This document shows, one piece after another, positions 1 to 10,446 of a DNA stretch of 64,000 bases. The DNA is taken from contig CAZNYT010000004.1 of NCBI GenBank assembly GCA_964577315.1, positions 2,482-66,481 of the forward strand, given 5' to 3'. A program made the position numbers and the translations under genes. This DNA comes from an uncultured Desulfovibrionales bacterium. Lineage in GTDB: Bacteria; Desulfobacterota; Desulfovibrionia; Desulfovibrionales; Desulfonatronovibrionaceae. Each line of letters starts with the position of its first letter. Position 1 is the stretch's first letter. The notes beneath the pieces were generated by a model. It saw only the letters and a program-made list of their open reading frames with translations, did no database searches and was not told the DNA's origin.

Positions 1-1358
1 GGAACCGGTCCTAACCATTCCCTGGTTACCCGCTTGAATTCTTCCCGGAAATTTTCCAGTTTTTCCGGGGACATGCTCAGCCCGGCAGCCAGTTTGTGCC
101 CTCCGAAACCGGACAGCTCGGATTGCAGGCTGCAAAGGCCTTGATAAAGATTAAAACCGGATATGCTGCGTCCGGAACCCTTGATCAATCCATCTTCCTG
201 GGTCAATACGAAACAGGGGCGATAAAACTCTTCAGCCAGGCGCGAGGCCACAATCCCCAATACCCCAGGATGCCAGTCCGGATCGAAAAGGACAAGTCCG
301 CTGTCCTCCGTAAACCTGGTTACCTGTTCCCTGGCTTGTTCTAGGATGTGATCTTCGGTTTTTTTCCTTTGTTGGTTCAGCCTGTTAAGTTTTCCGGCTA
401 TTTGGCGTGCTTTTTCCAGGTCTTGGCACAAGAGGAGCTCCAGTGCCATGCTGGGATCATCCAGCCTGCCTGCGGCATTGATCCTGGGAGCAAGCCCAAA
501 TCCCACCTCTCCGGCACCCAGCAGATCGCTTCCCCCGAATCCGGCAGCCTCTTTCAAAGCATAAATCCCAGGTCTTTGGGCCTGGTTCAGGAGGAGAAGG
601 CCATTTTTTACCAGGATGCGGTTGGTGGAATCCAGGGGGACTACATCTGCCAAGGTGCCCAGGGCCACTAGGTCCAAAAGCTCCCGGATATCCATGCTGG
701 GTCCGGGCAAGGTACGGTTTAGGGCGGCCGCCAAAAAAAAGACCGTGCCCACCCCGGATAGCTCGTTGTGTTGATCCCCGGAGCTCTTGGGATTGATAAT
801 AACGTGTGCATCGGGCAGATCCTTGCCGGGCAAGTGATGGTCGGTCAAGACTACCCGCATGCCGAGCTCCTTGGCTCTGGAAATCTCGCAGTGGTCGGAG
901 ACTCCGCAGTCCACGGTTATCAAGGTTTGTACCCCCTCCCGGGCCAGGGTTTCGATGCCGGCAGTATTTAGTCCGTAACCGTCCTGAACCCGGTGGGGAA
1001 GATAGCAACGCGGTTCAATACCCCTGTGGGCAAAGAATTCCCTGAGCAGGGCAGTAGAGGTTATCCCGTCCACGTCGTAGTCGCCCCAAATGGCGATTTT
1101 TTGCCCGGAGGCAACCGAGGAGGCTATGACATCCGCTCCTTCCTGCAGCCTGGGCCAGGTCTCCAGGGCGGGCAGGTAGCGCAAGCCCGGACTGAGAAAG
1201 AAGTGCATGTCCTGGTAAGTGGTCATGCCCCTTTGATACAGCAGCCTGCACAGGGTGGCAGAGATGTTTAGCTCTTGTGCCCTGCGGGCCAAAAAATCTT
1301 CAGAGACCGGCACCTCTTGGAGTTGCCAGCTAAGCCGGGAAAGGGATTCCTTTTTCAT
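1..1358 (-). CDS. recJ: Single-stranded-DNA-specific exonuclease RecJ, N-terminal ~452 codons (3' end runs off the window)
   Basis: Absent from the ORF track because the frame reaches no stop inside the window. Hand translation of the minus strand from the ATG at 1358-1356 gives MKKESLSRLSWQLQEVPVSEDFLARRAQELNISATLCRLLYQRGM. DHH-family motifs follow: IAIWGDYDVDGITS, LITVDCG, VLTDHH, and later GFGGHKLAAG (DHHA1 GGH). The short ORFs listed at 96-1271 on both strands are out-of-frame shadows of it. Confidence 0.9.
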   Translation of the reverse strand, partial: MKKESLSRLSWQLQEVPVSEDFLARRAQELNISATLCRLLYQRGMTTYQDMHFFLSPGLRYLPALETWPRLQEGADVIASSVASGQKIAIWGDYDVDGITSTALLREFFAHRGIEPRCYLPHRVQDGYGLNTAGIETLAREGVQTLITVDCGVSDHCEISRAKELGMRVVLTDHHLPGKDLPDAHVIINPKSSGDQHNELSGVGTVFFLAAALNRTLPGPSMDIRELLDLVALGTLADVVPLDSTNRILVKNGLLLLNQAQRPGIYALKEAAGFGGSDLLGAGEVGFGLAPRINAAGRLDDPSMALELLLCQDLEKARQIAGKLNRLNQQRKKTEDHILEQAREQVTRFTEDSGLVLFDPDWHPGVLGIVASRLAEEFYRPCFVLTQEDGLIKGSGRSISGFNLYQGLCSLQSELSGFGGHKLAAGLSMSPEKLENFREEFKRVTREWLGPV

Positions 1359-1364
1359 GGTATG

Positions 1365-2225
1365 TTACTGGGAGAGCATATTTTCCAGTTCCTGCAAGGC
1401 GGATCCGGTCCATATCTCATGTGCTTTTTTCTGGGTAAACTCCGGGCTTAATTCCAGCTCCCGATGGGATGAAGTATCTGTTCCAGGGCCAAGACTTTGC
1501 TGCATTTGGCGTGCGGTGTGATTGGCAATAGCAAGTATCCTGGCCTTTTTTTGGTGTTTTTCTCCAGCAAGTTCAGGGGTGTGATGCCAGTTGATGGTTT
1601 CGGTGAGCTCCTGTGGGAAATACCACAGCCGTAAGGTCATGGCCCCGATCAAGGCGTGATCTATACCCCAGAACTCGGTCTCGGCCTGAAAATCCGAGAT
1701 ACCTTTTTTTTCTGCCATATTCTGGATCTCTGTCCAGGACCCTGGTACATAAATCGCTGTTATCAGCTTGCCCACATCATGCAAAAGGCCCATGGTAAAA
1801 AGGTCCTCTGGGTCATTGAGCTTTAAAAAGCTCGCCAATTCTCGGGCCATGATGGCAGTAAAGCTGTGGTGTCTCCAGTAGTCTTGCAGATCAAAACGGG
1901 TTTTTTGGGGAAGCATTCGGGCAAGAGCGCTGAGATTGATACCCAATATGATCTTGCGCAGTTCAGACAAACCTAAAAGAGTGGTGGCGCGAGATAAACT
2001 GCTGATCCGGGATTCAAATCCGTAATAGGCGGAATTGGCCCGGGTGAGAACCTTGGTGGCCAGGGCCTGATCCTGGCCCAGGGTCTCGCTGATTTTATGC
2101 AGGGAAGACCTGGAATCCGTCTGGGTCTGCTGGAACAGCTCCGCCAGCACTGCAGGGGAAATGGGGAGCTCTTTTTGAACCTGGGGCAATGTCTGTAAGA
2201 ATTGTCTGCCTTGTTCCTGGCTCAT
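1365..2225 (-). CDS. HDOD-domain signalling protein
   Basis: 286-aa ORF. It has an HD-like motif (LLHDVGKL), and the helical layout and size are typical of stand-alone HDOD proteins. It abuts the next gene. Confidence 0.75.
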   Translation of the reverse strand: MSQEQGRQFLQTLPQVQKELPISPAVLAELFQQTQTDSRSSLHKISETLGQDQALATKVLTRANSAYYGFESRISSLSRATTLLGLSELRKIILGINLSALARMLPQKTRFDLQDYWRHHSFTAIMARELASFLKLNDPEDLFTMGLLHDVGKLITAIYVPGSWTEIQNMAEKKGISDFQAETEFWGIDHALIGAMTLRLWYFPQELTETINWHHTPELAGEKHQKKARILAIANHTARQMQQSLGPGTDTSSHRELELSPEFTQKKAHEIWTGSALQELENMLSQ

Positions 2226-3107
2226 TTAACTTTCTTTTTCGCCGGCTTCATCCGGGGAATCTTTTTGCTGTCCGGGTTGTTTCTGCTCCGTTTTCTTGTC
2301 TGCTAGCTGGGAGGCATTTTTGGGGAGCAGGTTGTACTTTTTCATGTAATACAAGAATTTCTTGGCTTCCTGGAAATCCGAGTTGAGTTGCAAGGCTTTT
2401 TTTAGGTGCTCGAATGTTTTGTCGTACTTTTTAAAGGCAAAGTAGGCCCTGGCTACGTTGTAATGCAGGTTCTCATCGTTTTCTACCAGTTCCAGGGCCC
2501 GGGTGTAATATTCCAGGGCCTGATCGTACATCTTCTGTTTGCGGAGCTTGATTCCGAATTCATTGAACAAGTGCTTGTGCTCGTCTTCAAAAGCGGCATC
2601 CAGTTTTACCAGGCGATCAAATATGTTTTTGGCCTTGTCCTCGTCCCCACGATCCAGATAGGTCAGGCCCAGCCCGAAATTGGCCCGGATGTTTTCCTCG
2701 TCCACTTTTAGGGCGTTGTTGTATTCGTATTCTGCGCTATAGGTCTCACCCCGCTTGCGGTGGCGATCCCCTCGGGCAACGGTTTTGTTCAGCTCCCGCA
2801 TCTTGGGCTGTACAGTGTAAGTATAGAATTCTGGTTCCGGAGAGAATTTCTCTAAGAATTCGTCTTTGGAAAGGGTTTTTTTGGGACCGGATGGAACGTA
2901 GTTAACATTCAGGGGCTGTAGCTGAACCTTGTCCTCATCCAGTTCCTCGGCGTACCAATACATTTTTTGGATGGATTTTTTCTGAGTACTGCCAGTGCCT
3001 ACCTTGGTTATTTCTTGAGAAGAAAAAACCCCTTGAATTTTGGCTTGTTTTTCCTTGATTTGTTCTAATATGCCCTGTTGTTCAGGGCTTTGTTTTTTCT
3101 CACTCAT
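2226..3107 (-). CDS. TPR-repeat protein
   Basis: 293-aa ORF. The C-terminal half has repeated TPR-like A/Y/L patterns (GLGLTYLDRGDEDKAKNIFDRLVKLD, ALEYYTRALEL, NVARAYFAFKKYDKTFEHLKKALQLN). Confidence 0.7.
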   Translation of the reverse strand: MSEKKQSPEQQGILEQIKEKQAKIQGVFSSQEITKVGTGSTQKKSIQKMYWYAEELDEDKVQLQPLNVNYVPSGPKKTLSKDEFLEKFSPEPEFYTYTVQPKMRELNKTVARGDRHRKRGETYSAEYEYNNALKVDEENIRANFGLGLTYLDRGDEDKAKNIFDRLVKLDAAFEDEHKHLFNEFGIKLRKQKMYDQALEYYTRALELVENDENLHYNVARAYFAFKKYDKTFEHLKKALQLNSDFQEAKKFLYYMKKYNLLPKNASQLADKKTEQKQPGQQKDSPDEAGEKES

Positions 3108-3832
3108 ACATTGGCACCTCTAGGGGGTGATGATAACTCATTTTTTATATCCATAACTGCTTGGCAGGGATTTTCAGCTTGGGTAACAGCTCGTCCCAGG
3201 ACTAGATGAGTTGCTCCGGCATCCCAGGCTTGCTTAGGAGTGACAGTCCTCTTTTGATCCTGTTGTTCTGTATTGGTTCTAATGCCAGGAGTTACCAGGC
3301 AAAAATCCGGGTCTACAAGCTTTCTTATTCCGGATGCTTCCAGGCCGGAACATACAACTCCGTCAGTCCCCCAATTCCTAGCCTTGGCTGCCAGATCCAA
3401 GACTATTTGGCTCAGGTCTTTAGGCTCATCCCAGGGAAGATCCTCCTGGTTCAAACTGGTAAGCAGGGTTACACCCACTAGCAAGGGTTTGTGTTCTTGG
3501 GAACCCTTGTTTTTATCTCGGGATTCCCGAGCGGATTCTATCATTTTCTTGCCTCCCAGGAGGTGCAGGGTAAGCATGTCCGCCCCTAAATCCAGGCAAT
3601 TCAAAAGAGCCCTGTTTACAGTGTTGGGTATATCCATCAGCTTAAGATCTAAAAATACTTTGTAATCCATTATTTTAAGATCCCGGACAATGTCTGGACC
3701 GCAGGCAGTGAAAAGCTCCAGGCCGATTTTAACCCAAGTTGTGGCTGGCCTTATCTCTTGCGCCAACTTCAGCGCTTTTTCCCGGCTGCTGGTGTCCAGG
3801 GCAATAATAATTTCCGGGGCAGATTTATTCAT
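3104..3832 (-). CDS. pyrF: Orotidine 5'-phosphate decarboxylase
   Basis: 242 aa with IIALDT, VKIGLELF and FLDLKLMDIPNTV motifs characteristic of PyrF. Confidence 0.9.
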   Translation of the reverse strand: MNKSAPEIIIALDTSSREKALKLAQEIRPATTWVKIGLELFTACGPDIVRDLKIMDYKVFLDLKLMDIPNTVNRALLNCLDLGADMLTLHLLGGKKMIESARESRDKNKGSQEHKPLLVGVTLLTSLNQEDLPWDEPKDLSQIVLDLAAKARNWGTDGVVCSGLEASGIRKLVDPDFCLVTPGIRTNTEQQDQKRTVTPKQAWDAGATHLVLGRAVTQAENPCQAVMDIKNELSSPPRGANV

Positions 3833-4445
3833 ACCAGTGTCCTGCAGCGATTTTTTGAGCCAGTCCAGGGTTGTGGGCAGGTCTTAACATTTCTGTCTTT
3901 ACCAGGGCCTTGAAACGAGCATAAGCGGTTTGTATTTCGTTATTCACAAGCCAGTAATCGAAGAATTCGCTTTGCAGCATTTCATGGGCTGCGTTTCGGA
4001 TGCGTTTTTCGATTGTTTCCTGGCTGTCGCTGCCCCTTTGGACTAACCTGGATCTTAAAACCTCTAGGGAGGGCGGAAAAATGAAGAGATAAACCCCTTG
4101 ATTTAAATTGTCCTTTATTTGCCTAGCTCCTTGGACATCTATATCCATTATCAGATTGCCTCCTTTTTGGAGGGTGCTTAGTATCTGCTCCTTGGGAGTG
4201 CCGTAAAAATTGTCATGTACCTGGGCCCATTCCGCAAAGAAGCCCTGGTCTTTTAGTTCCATGAACTCTGACTGGGCGAGGAAAAAATAGTCTTTGCCAT
4301 GCACTTCCCCGGGGCGGGGTGTCCTAGTGGTGTAGGAAACCGAAAAACCGAACTCCGGAAAATCCCTGCACAGCATATTGATCAAGGTGCTCTTGCCTGT
4401 CCCGGAAGGAGCGCTCAGCACCAGCAAAATCCCCTTAGGTTTCAT
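3825..4445 (-). CDS. gmk: Guanylate kinase
   Basis: 206 aa with P-loop [11 protein letters not shown] and [18 protein letters not shown]. It sits in the conserved yicC-remA-gmk order. Confidence 0.92.
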   Translation of the reverse strand: MKPKGILLVLSAPSGTGKSTLINMLCRDFPEFGFSVSYTTRTPRPGEVHGKDYFFLAQSEFMELKDQGFFAEWAQVHDNFYGTPKEQILSTLQKGGNLIMDIDVQGARQIKDNLNQGVYLFIFPPSLEVLRSRLVQRGSDSQETIEKRIRNAAHEMLQSEFFDYWLVNNEIQTAYARFKALVKTEMLRPAHNPGLAQKIAAGHWYE

Positions 4446-4716
4446 CCTTTTTCTCCAGGTGTTTTAGCCTCTGGGCCACGGTTTCAGTTTGGATGGCGGA
4501 TAGGATCACGTGCCTGGAGTCCATGATCAGGATGGAGCGGGTTTTTCTGCCCTGAGTGGCGTCGATGAGCATGTTCTGTTCCTTGGCTTCCTCTCGGAGA
4601 CGGCGCATGGGAGAGGACCCGGGATTGACAATGGCTACCACCCTGGAGCTGATCACGGAATTACCAAATCCGATATTGAGCAGCTTGAGTTTTTGTCCGG
4701 GGGAATCCTTTACCAT
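4435..4716 (-). CDS. remA: DUF370 / RemA-family small DNA-binding protein
   Basis: Sequence [34 protein letters not shown]...[11 protein letters not shown] is typical RemA/YlzA. The start is trimmed from the track ORF (4806) to the internal ATG at 4716, which sits directly after the yicC stop at 4719. Confidence 0.85.
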   Translation of the reverse strand: MVKDSPGQKLKLLNIGFGNSVISSRVVAIVNPGSSPMRRLREEAKEQNMLIDATQGRKTRSILIMDSRHVILSAIQTETVAQRLKHLEKKDET

Positions 4717-4718
4717 TG

Positions 4719-5606
4719 TTATTCCAGGTTTTGGGCCTGCTCTCGGCATTTCTCCAGTTGGGCCTTGAACTCCACGGCGAATCTGCTCATATCCGTGTTT
4801 TGGCACTTATTGGCGCAAGTATTTATTTCCCTGAAGGCCTCCTGGAGCAAGAAGTCCAATTTGCGCCCCACTTCCCGGGATTCCTTCAGGAGATTGCGCA
4901 TGGCCTCCAGGTGGCTCCCCATCCTGGTAAGCTCCTCGGTTACATCCAGTTTTTCGGACAAGAGCCCCAGTTCCTGCAAGAGCCTGTTTTCATCCGGTTC
5001 CCAGTCCATTTCAGACAGGATCTTGTCCACTCTTTGCTTGAGTTCCTGAAAGCGTTGCCCGGCGTTGTCCTTTGCTAGGCCCTTGAGTTCCGTGAGCAGG
5101 TTCTCCATTTCCCCCAAGCGATTCTGCAAATCCTGTACAAGCACATCTCCTTCGGCTTCTCTGGATCTGTTCCAGTTCCTAAGCGCTTCGTTCAGGGTTC
5201 CCTCCAGGTCATCCAAGAATTCCTGCCTGGGCCTGGTATTTTGTTCTTTCCATAGACTTGGGATTTTCAGGAATATGTTTAGATCCGGGGTAAAATCCGC
5301 CCCTATCTCCCGGGAAAATCCCCTTATGTCTTCCAGCATGGCCTGGGCCATGGTTCGGTCCAGTTCCATGTTAAGTATGCCCGGATCCAAGATGCGCATG
5401 TCCAAGTAAATCTCCACTCGACCCCGGGAGGCATAGTGACGGACCAACTTTTCCCACTCGCCTTGAATAAAGTTGAGGGAAGGGGGTGTTTTCCATTTCA
5501 GGTCCAGGTGGCGGCTGTTGACGCTTTTTATCTCCCAGGTAAGGCTCCAGCTGTCCTTGTTCAGCGCGGCTGAGCCGTAACCGGTCATGCTAAAGGCCAT
5601 TTGCAC
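4719..5606 (-). CDS. yicC: YicC/YloC-family protein
   Basis: 295 aa with N-terminal MTGYG and a coiled-coil C-terminal half. It lies in the conserved yicC-remA-gmk neighbourhood. Confidence 0.85.
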   Translation of the reverse strand: MQMAFSMTGYGSAALNKDSWSLTWEIKSVNSRHLDLKWKTPPSLNFIQGEWEKLVRHYASRGRVEIYLDMRILDPGILNMELDRTMAQAMLEDIRGFSREIGADFTPDLNIFLKIPSLWKEQNTRPRQEFLDDLEGTLNEALRNWNRSREAEGDVLVQDLQNRLGEMENLLTELKGLAKDNAGQRFQELKQRVDKILSEMDWEPDENRLLQELGLLSEKLDVTEELTRMGSHLEAMRNLLKESREVGRKLDFLLQEAFREINTCANKCQNTDMSRFAVEFKAQLEKCREQAQNLE

Positions 5607-5690
5607 TCCTTGGCGGGTTTAAAACGAGTTAGCAGCTTCAGTTATGTGTTGTTGTTCCATTGGTTGTTGCGGGTACTGCCTTGCCTGGAG

Positions 5691-6260
5691 CTAAGTCCGG
5701 GTTTTATTTTTTAGTTGCCTGCGGTAAATTTCCCGGATGGCCCGCAGATGGGTCTTGGTCTTTTCAGCGGCGTAATCCGGAAAGGTCCAGGGCAAATCCA
5801 TCCAGTCCCCCCGGGCATAGATCAGGGTGAGATCCGCCCAGATCCCCTGGCCCAGGTAAACTCGGTGAGAAAAGTTTTTTCCGGTGGCTAAAACCAGGCG
5901 CTCCAGGGTTAACAGTCCTGGATCCAGGTTAAAGATGCGACAGCCATCCCTAGAGTAATCCTTTTCCCATTGGTTGGTCAAAAGCTTGATTTCCGGGAGT
6001 CCATTCTGCTCCACCAGGGGCTCGAAAGCAAGTATTTGCCTGGAGATAGGTTTGCCCAACTCCCGGTCGTAATAAGTGGTTTCGGTGAAAGGGATGAAAG
6101 GGCTCTGGTAATCTATTGCGCCAAATTCCCTTGCCAAGGTATTTTGTAGCCTATCGCAAAAAAATTCCCATTTGGAGCTGAGCACGGATAGCACTAGCTT
6201 GCCGGGGTTAGGTATCTCAGGTTTACTCATATGCTCTATAATATCTTTAGTTTTTAACAC
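5691..6260 (-). CDS. Conserved hypothetical protein, probably DUF4416 family
   Basis: 189-aa ORF overlapping the mtaB stop by 7 nt, so in the same operon. The family name is recalled from similar ~190-aa proteins that follow MiaB-like genes in deltaproteobacteria and is not verifiable here. Confidence 0.6.
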   Translation of the reverse strand: MLKTKDIIEHMSKPEIPNPGKLVLSVLSSKWEFFCDRLQNTLAREFGAIDYQSPFIPFTETTYYDRELGKPISRQILAFEPLVEQNGLPEIKLLTNQWEKDYSRDGCRIFNLDPGLLTLERLVLATGKNFSHRVYLGQGIWADLTLIYARGDWMDLPWTFPDYAAEKTKTHLRAIREIYRRQLKNKTRT

Positions 6261-7546
6261 CCTGACCCGATTACTTCAACCCAAAGCTTGGAGCCTTCAA
6301 GCTTTAACGGCCTGGACTTGACCATTGAAGCGGGTAAAGATTCCTGAATACCTTCCTGGATGTGGCATTCAAAAAAGTATTCGCTCATTCCGCGGCCTGG
6401 TTTCTCCATGACCAGGTCAAGTTCCTTTTGTTGCTGCAGCCGCGAGGCAAAAGCTCTTGTTTTGGCCTGTACTAGTTCCTTGATTTCAGCGGAGCGCCTT
6501 TTTTTCTCTTTTTCCGGGACCTTTTGCGGGTACTTGGCTGCCGGGGTGCCGGGACGAGGGGAGTAAGTAAATACATGGGCGTAGCTGAGAGGTAGGGCCT
6601 GCACTAGTTCCCGGGTTGCCAAGAACTCCTCCGGGCCTTCCCCGGGAAAGCCCACCAGAAAGTCCGCGCCCAGGGCGAAAAGGGAATAAATTTTTTGAAG
6701 TTCGTGGACGAACCAGGTTATGTCCCCGGGATGGTAGTAGCCCCGGTGCATTTGTTTCAAAATCTTGGGGCTGCCGCTTTGTACCGCTAGATGAAAATGG
6801 GGGCAAAGCATTCGGGAATCAGCAATGGTATTTAGTGCCTTGGAATCTAGTTGAGCCGGATCCAGGGAGCTCAGCCGGATCCGGGCCTTGCCTGCCCAGG
6901 CCGGGGCCAGGTTGTGTTCCAGGTACCGGATCAAATCCCAGAAATCGGGGTTTGTTTCCCATTCCCGGCCATATAAACCCAGATTGATTCCGCTAAGGAC
7001 AACCTCGGCAAATCCCTTGGCTAAAAGCCCCTGGATTTCCTCCAGGATCTCGTCAGGGGAGCGGCTTTTGGATGCGCCCCGGGTTCTGGGGACAATACAG
7101 TACGAGCATCCCCGTATGCAGCCGTCCTGGACCTTTATTACCGGTCTGGACCGGAAGTAGTCAGTTATGCGGTAATCCTGATCCCCGAAAGAGTCCTGGT
7201 CCAGGTTTCGGGGTAGTATATTAGCAAGGAGGTGTTTTTTCTGGGCTTGGGGGAGAATGAAATCCACTTCTTTCGGACGGTCAAGTTCTCGGCCCAGGAA
7301 CTGGGCAGCGCACCCGGTGACAATAATCCAGGCGCGAGGGGATTTAGCCCGTACGGACCGGATAAGCCTGTTTAGATCCCGGATAGCCCTGGCTGTAACC
7401 GCACAGCTGTTGATGTATATGTAATTGGCTTGGCCGGGGTCCTGGACCGGGAGTAGCCCCTGTTTTTGCAGAGATTCAGTCAAGGCCTGGGATTCGTACT
7501 GGTTAACCCGGCATCCCAGCGTGTTCAGATAAAAGGTTTCTTGCAT
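6254..7546 (-). CDS. mtaB: Radical SAM methylthiotransferase, MiaB/MtaB family
   Basis: 430 aa. The N-terminal UPF0004 part has LGCRVNQYES, the radical SAM motif is GCSYCIVP, and a TRAM-like C-terminus follows. Confidence 0.85.
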   Translation of the reverse strand: MQETFYLNTLGCRVNQYESQALTESLQKQGLLPVQDPGQANYIYINSCAVTARAIRDLNRLIRSVRAKSPRAWIIVTGCAAQFLGRELDRPKEVDFILPQAQKKHLLANILPRNLDQDSFGDQDYRITDYFRSRPVIKVQDGCIRGCSYCIVPRTRGASKSRSPDEILEEIQGLLAKGFAEVVLSGINLGLYGREWETNPDFWDLIRYLEHNLAPAWAGKARIRLSSLDPAQLDSKALNTIADSRMLCPHFHLAVQSGSPKILKQMHRGYYHPGDITWFVHELQKIYSLFALGADFLVGFPGEGPEEFLATRELVQALPLSYAHVFTYSPRPGTPAAKYPQKVPEKEKKRRSAEIKELVQAKTRAFASRLQQQKELDLVMEKPGRGMSEYFFECHIQEGIQESLPASMVKSRPLKLEGSKLWVEVIGSGC

Positions 7547-7552
7547 GGGAAT

Positions 7553-8599
7553 TCAACTTGGTTTCTGTTCGATGATACCTCCGGCCAAAACCCGTCCCTG
7601 GGAGGAATAGATCGCGGCAACCTGACCCGGCGCTGGGATCTGGGGATGATCTCGGAAATGGATCCGCATGCGGGTGCCTTGTATTTCCACATTTGCGGGC
7701 TGAGGATTTTGACGGTATCTGGTTTGCACCCACAGTTCCGGGGGCCAGTACTTAAACGGAACCAGGAAGTTGACTTCCCGGGCAGAGCACTCCCAGGAAC
7801 CCAGTTCATCCTTGGAGCCCACGATCAGGGTGTTGGCGGAATGGTCCTTGCCCAGGACATATAAGGGGTGGTTGTGGGCAATTCCCAGGCCGCGCCTTTG
7901 TCCCGGAGTGTAGCGCCATAGCCCCAAGTGATACCCCAGAATCTGGCCCCGGGTATCCTTTATGGGGCCGGAACCAGGCAGATTTTTGTCCCCCACCTGC
8001 TGGGCAATAAAATCCCGGTAGTCTCCCGGAATGAAACATATCTCATTGCTTTCCTCCCGGGCTGGGGTAGGGATGTTTTTTTGACTCAAAAAGTCCGCGG
8101 TCCAAGATTTGTGCTTGTCCTGCAGGGGGAAGACCGCGCGGCGCAGACTGGTTTCAGGCACCAGGGACAAGAAGTAGCTTTGTTCCTTGTGGGGATCTTT
8201 GCCCCGCCATAACCCTGTGCCGGATGAGTCGGGCTTCACTGCAGCATAATGCCCGGTGGCCAGGTAGTCGGCACCCCATTCCCTGGCCTTTTCCAAAAGC
8301 GCTCCGAATTTGATGTTTTTATTGCACCCGGCGCATGGGTTGGGGGTTAGTCCCTGCAAATAATCCCGGATAAATGGATGAATTACGTAACTGCCAAAGG
8401 TTTGGCCCAGATCCAGCAGCAAAAGTTTCAGGCCAAGCTGGTTGCAGATCCTTTCCAGGTCATTGGAGAGTTCCCGGCTCGATTCCCTTTTCGGGAAAAA
8501 ACGGGCGTGTATGGGCAATATTTCATGTCCGGCCTCTCGGAGCAGGATCATGCTGGCGAGGCTGTCCATGCCTCCGCTTACGGCTACAGCGATTTTCAT
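7553..8599 (-). CDS. mnmA: tRNA 2-thiouridine(34) synthase
   Basis: 348 aa with PP-loop VAVSGGMDS and a conserved CAGCN segment. Confidence 0.9.
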   Translation of the reverse strand: MKIAVAVSGGMDSLASMILLREAGHEILPIHARFFPKRESSRELSNDLERICNQLGLKLLLLDLGQTFGSYVIHPFIRDYLQGLTPNPCAGCNKNIKFGALLEKAREWGADYLATGHYAAVKPDSSGTGLWRGKDPHKEQSYFLSLVPETSLRRAVFPLQDKHKSWTADFLSQKNIPTPAREESNEICFIPGDYRDFIAQQVGDKNLPGSGPIKDTRGQILGYHLGLWRYTPGQRRGLGIAHNHPLYVLGKDHSANTLIVGSKDELGSWECSAREVNFLVPFKYWPPELWVQTRYRQNPQPANVEIQGTRMRIHFRDHPQIPAPGQVAAIYSSQGRVLAGGIIEQKPS

Positions 8600-8609
8600 G
8601 CCTTAAGCT

Positions 8610-10082
8610 TTAGTTATGGTTCAGAGCACTGGGCCGGGGCAAGCTGGGCAGGGATTTCTCCAATATGTACGCGGACTGCAAAACAAGATCCTCACTGAAT
8701 TCCGGTCCCATGAGCTGAATTCCCACCGGCATTCCGGTATCTTCTCCCAGTCCGGCAGGCAAAGTCACACCCGGCAGTCCAGCCAAATTCAAGGAAGCGG
8801 TAAAGATGTCCAATAAATACATTTGCAGGGGATCATCCACGTTCTCTCCCAAGTGCAGGGCAGTAAAGGGAACCACAGGGGCACAGATGAGATCGCACTG
8901 GCCGAAGGCCCGGGCGAAATCCTGAGTAATTAGCCTGCGGACCTGGGCCGCTTTCTTGAAGTAGGCATCGTAATACCCGGCTGAAAGCACGTAGGTCCCG
9001 ATCATTATCCGGCGCTGGACTTCTTCACCCAATGCCCGGGACCGGCTTTTGTGATAAATATCCAAAAGCTGCTGGGCCTCCGGGTCCCGGTAACCGTATC
9101 TTACCCCGTCGAATCTGGCCAGGTTGGAGGAAGCCTCGGCCATGGCGATGATGTAGTAGGTAGCTACTGCATGCCGGACGTGAGGCAGATCTATCTCCAC
9201 GATCTCTGCCCCGGCCTGATCAGCCTTGTCTAGGGCCTGCCTGCAAACGCTGTTCACTTCCGGGCTCAGTTCCTGGGTCCAGTATTGTTGGGGCAGGCCC
9301 AAGCGCAAGCCCTTTAAATCGCTTCTTTGGCTCAGGGCTTGCAAATAATCTGGAACGGGCTGATCTGCGGATGTGGAATCCAGGGGATCCTGGCCAGCGA
9401 TAACATTGAGCATGGCTGCGCAATCTGCCACGTCCCGGGTTACAGGACCGGCCTGATCCAGGGAGGAACCAAAGGCTACCAGGCCGTATCTTGATACCCG
9501 GCCGTAGGTGGGCTTCATCCCGGTAACCCCGCAAAAGGAAGCCGGCTGTCTAATGGAACCCCCGGTGTCCGTGCCCACGGATCCCAAGGCCTGGCCAGCC
9601 GCCATGGAGGCTGCCGAGCCGCCGCTGGATCCCCCGGGGACCCTGGACAAGTCCCAGGGATTCCGGGTTTGCTTCAGGGCGGAATACTCTGTGGAGGATC
9701 CCATGGCGAATTCGTCCATGTTGGTTTTGCCCAATATGATGGCTCCGGCCTCCCGGAGCTTTTGGACCAGGGTGGCCTGGTAAAAGGGGGTAAAGTTCTC
9801 CAGCATTCTGGAGCCGCACGTAGTGGGAATGTCCCGGGTACAGATAACATCCTTGATGGTTATGGGAATGCCCCATAAGGGTCTGTTGGGGTCCGGGCCC
9901 TCCTGATCCATGGCTTTGGCCTGATCCACGGCCTTTTCTTCCTGGATATTCAGCAGGGCCTGGATCTTGGGCTCGGTTTCCCGGATGTTGCTAAGGCATT
10001 TTTCTACTACCTCGGCGACCTTGATCTGCCTAGTCTGAAGCATTTCCCTACAGGCGCAAATAGAGTTCATGGGCTCCTTCAC
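8610..10082 (-). CDS. gatA: Glutamyl/aspartyl-tRNA amidotransferase subunit A
   Basis: 490 aa with the amidase signature GGSSGGSAA...[12 protein letters not shown]. It follows gatC. Confidence 0.93.
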   Translation of the reverse strand: MKEPMNSICACREMLQTRQIKVAEVVEKCLSNIRETEPKIQALLNIQEEKAVDQAKAMDQEGPDPNRPLWGIPITIKDVICTRDIPTTCGSRMLENFTPFYQATLVQKLREAGAIILGKTNMDEFAMGSSTEYSALKQTRNPWDLSRVPGGSSGGSAASMAAGQALGSVGTDTGGSIRQPASFCGVTGMKPTYGRVSRYGLVAFGSSLDQAGPVTRDVADCAAMLNVIAGQDPLDSTSADQPVPDYLQALSQRSDLKGLRLGLPQQYWTQELSPEVNSVCRQALDKADQAGAEIVEIDLPHVRHAVATYYIIAMAEASSNLARFDGVRYGYRDPEAQQLLDIYHKSRSRALGEEVQRRIMIGTYVLSAGYYDAYFKKAAQVRRLITQDFARAFGQCDLICAPVVPFTALHLGENVDDPLQMYLLDIFTASLNLAGLPGVTLPAGLGEDTGMPVGIQLMGPEFSEDLVLQSAYILEKSLPSLPRPSALNHN

Positions 10083-10139
10083 CTACACCACCTTTGTAAG
10101 TTCGATCTGTTGTAAAATATGACGAATAGTTGCGGTCTG

Positions 10140-10424
10140 TTAAATAATTCTGGGAACAATGAAGTATTCCCCGTCGTGCCGGGGGGCATTTGTTAGTATT
10201 TCCCTGCGCTGATAATCCTTTTGGGGTTCGTCCTCGCGCAAGACCGACTTGTTGCGAGAAGGGGAGTACAAGGGCTCCACTCCGGAAGTATCCACCTGGT
10301 TCAAACTATCCATATATCCGATAATGTCCTGGAACTGCCCAGCGAACTTGTCCGCTTGGGTAGAATCTAGCTCCAGCCTGGCCAAACCGGCGATCTTGAT
10401 TACCCATTCCTGATCAATTTGCAT
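10140..10424 (-). CDS. gatC: Glutamyl/aspartyl-tRNA amidotransferase subunit C
   Basis: 94 aa with typical GatC sequence (IAGLARLEL...VDTSGVEP) immediately upstream of gatA. Confidence 0.9.
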   Translation of the reverse strand: MQIDQEWVIKIAGLARLELDSTQADKFAGQFQDIIGYMDSLNQVDTSGVEPLYSPSRNKSVLREDEPQKDYQRREILTNAPRHDGEYFIVPRII

Positions 10425-10446
10425 GGTCTAAGCTCCGTGTCCGGGG

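Noticed and set aside
96-1271. Cluster of 60-180-aa ORFs on both strands at the window start
   Set aside because: All lie inside, and out of frame with, the recJ reading frame that runs off the window edge. None has motifs or an RBS.
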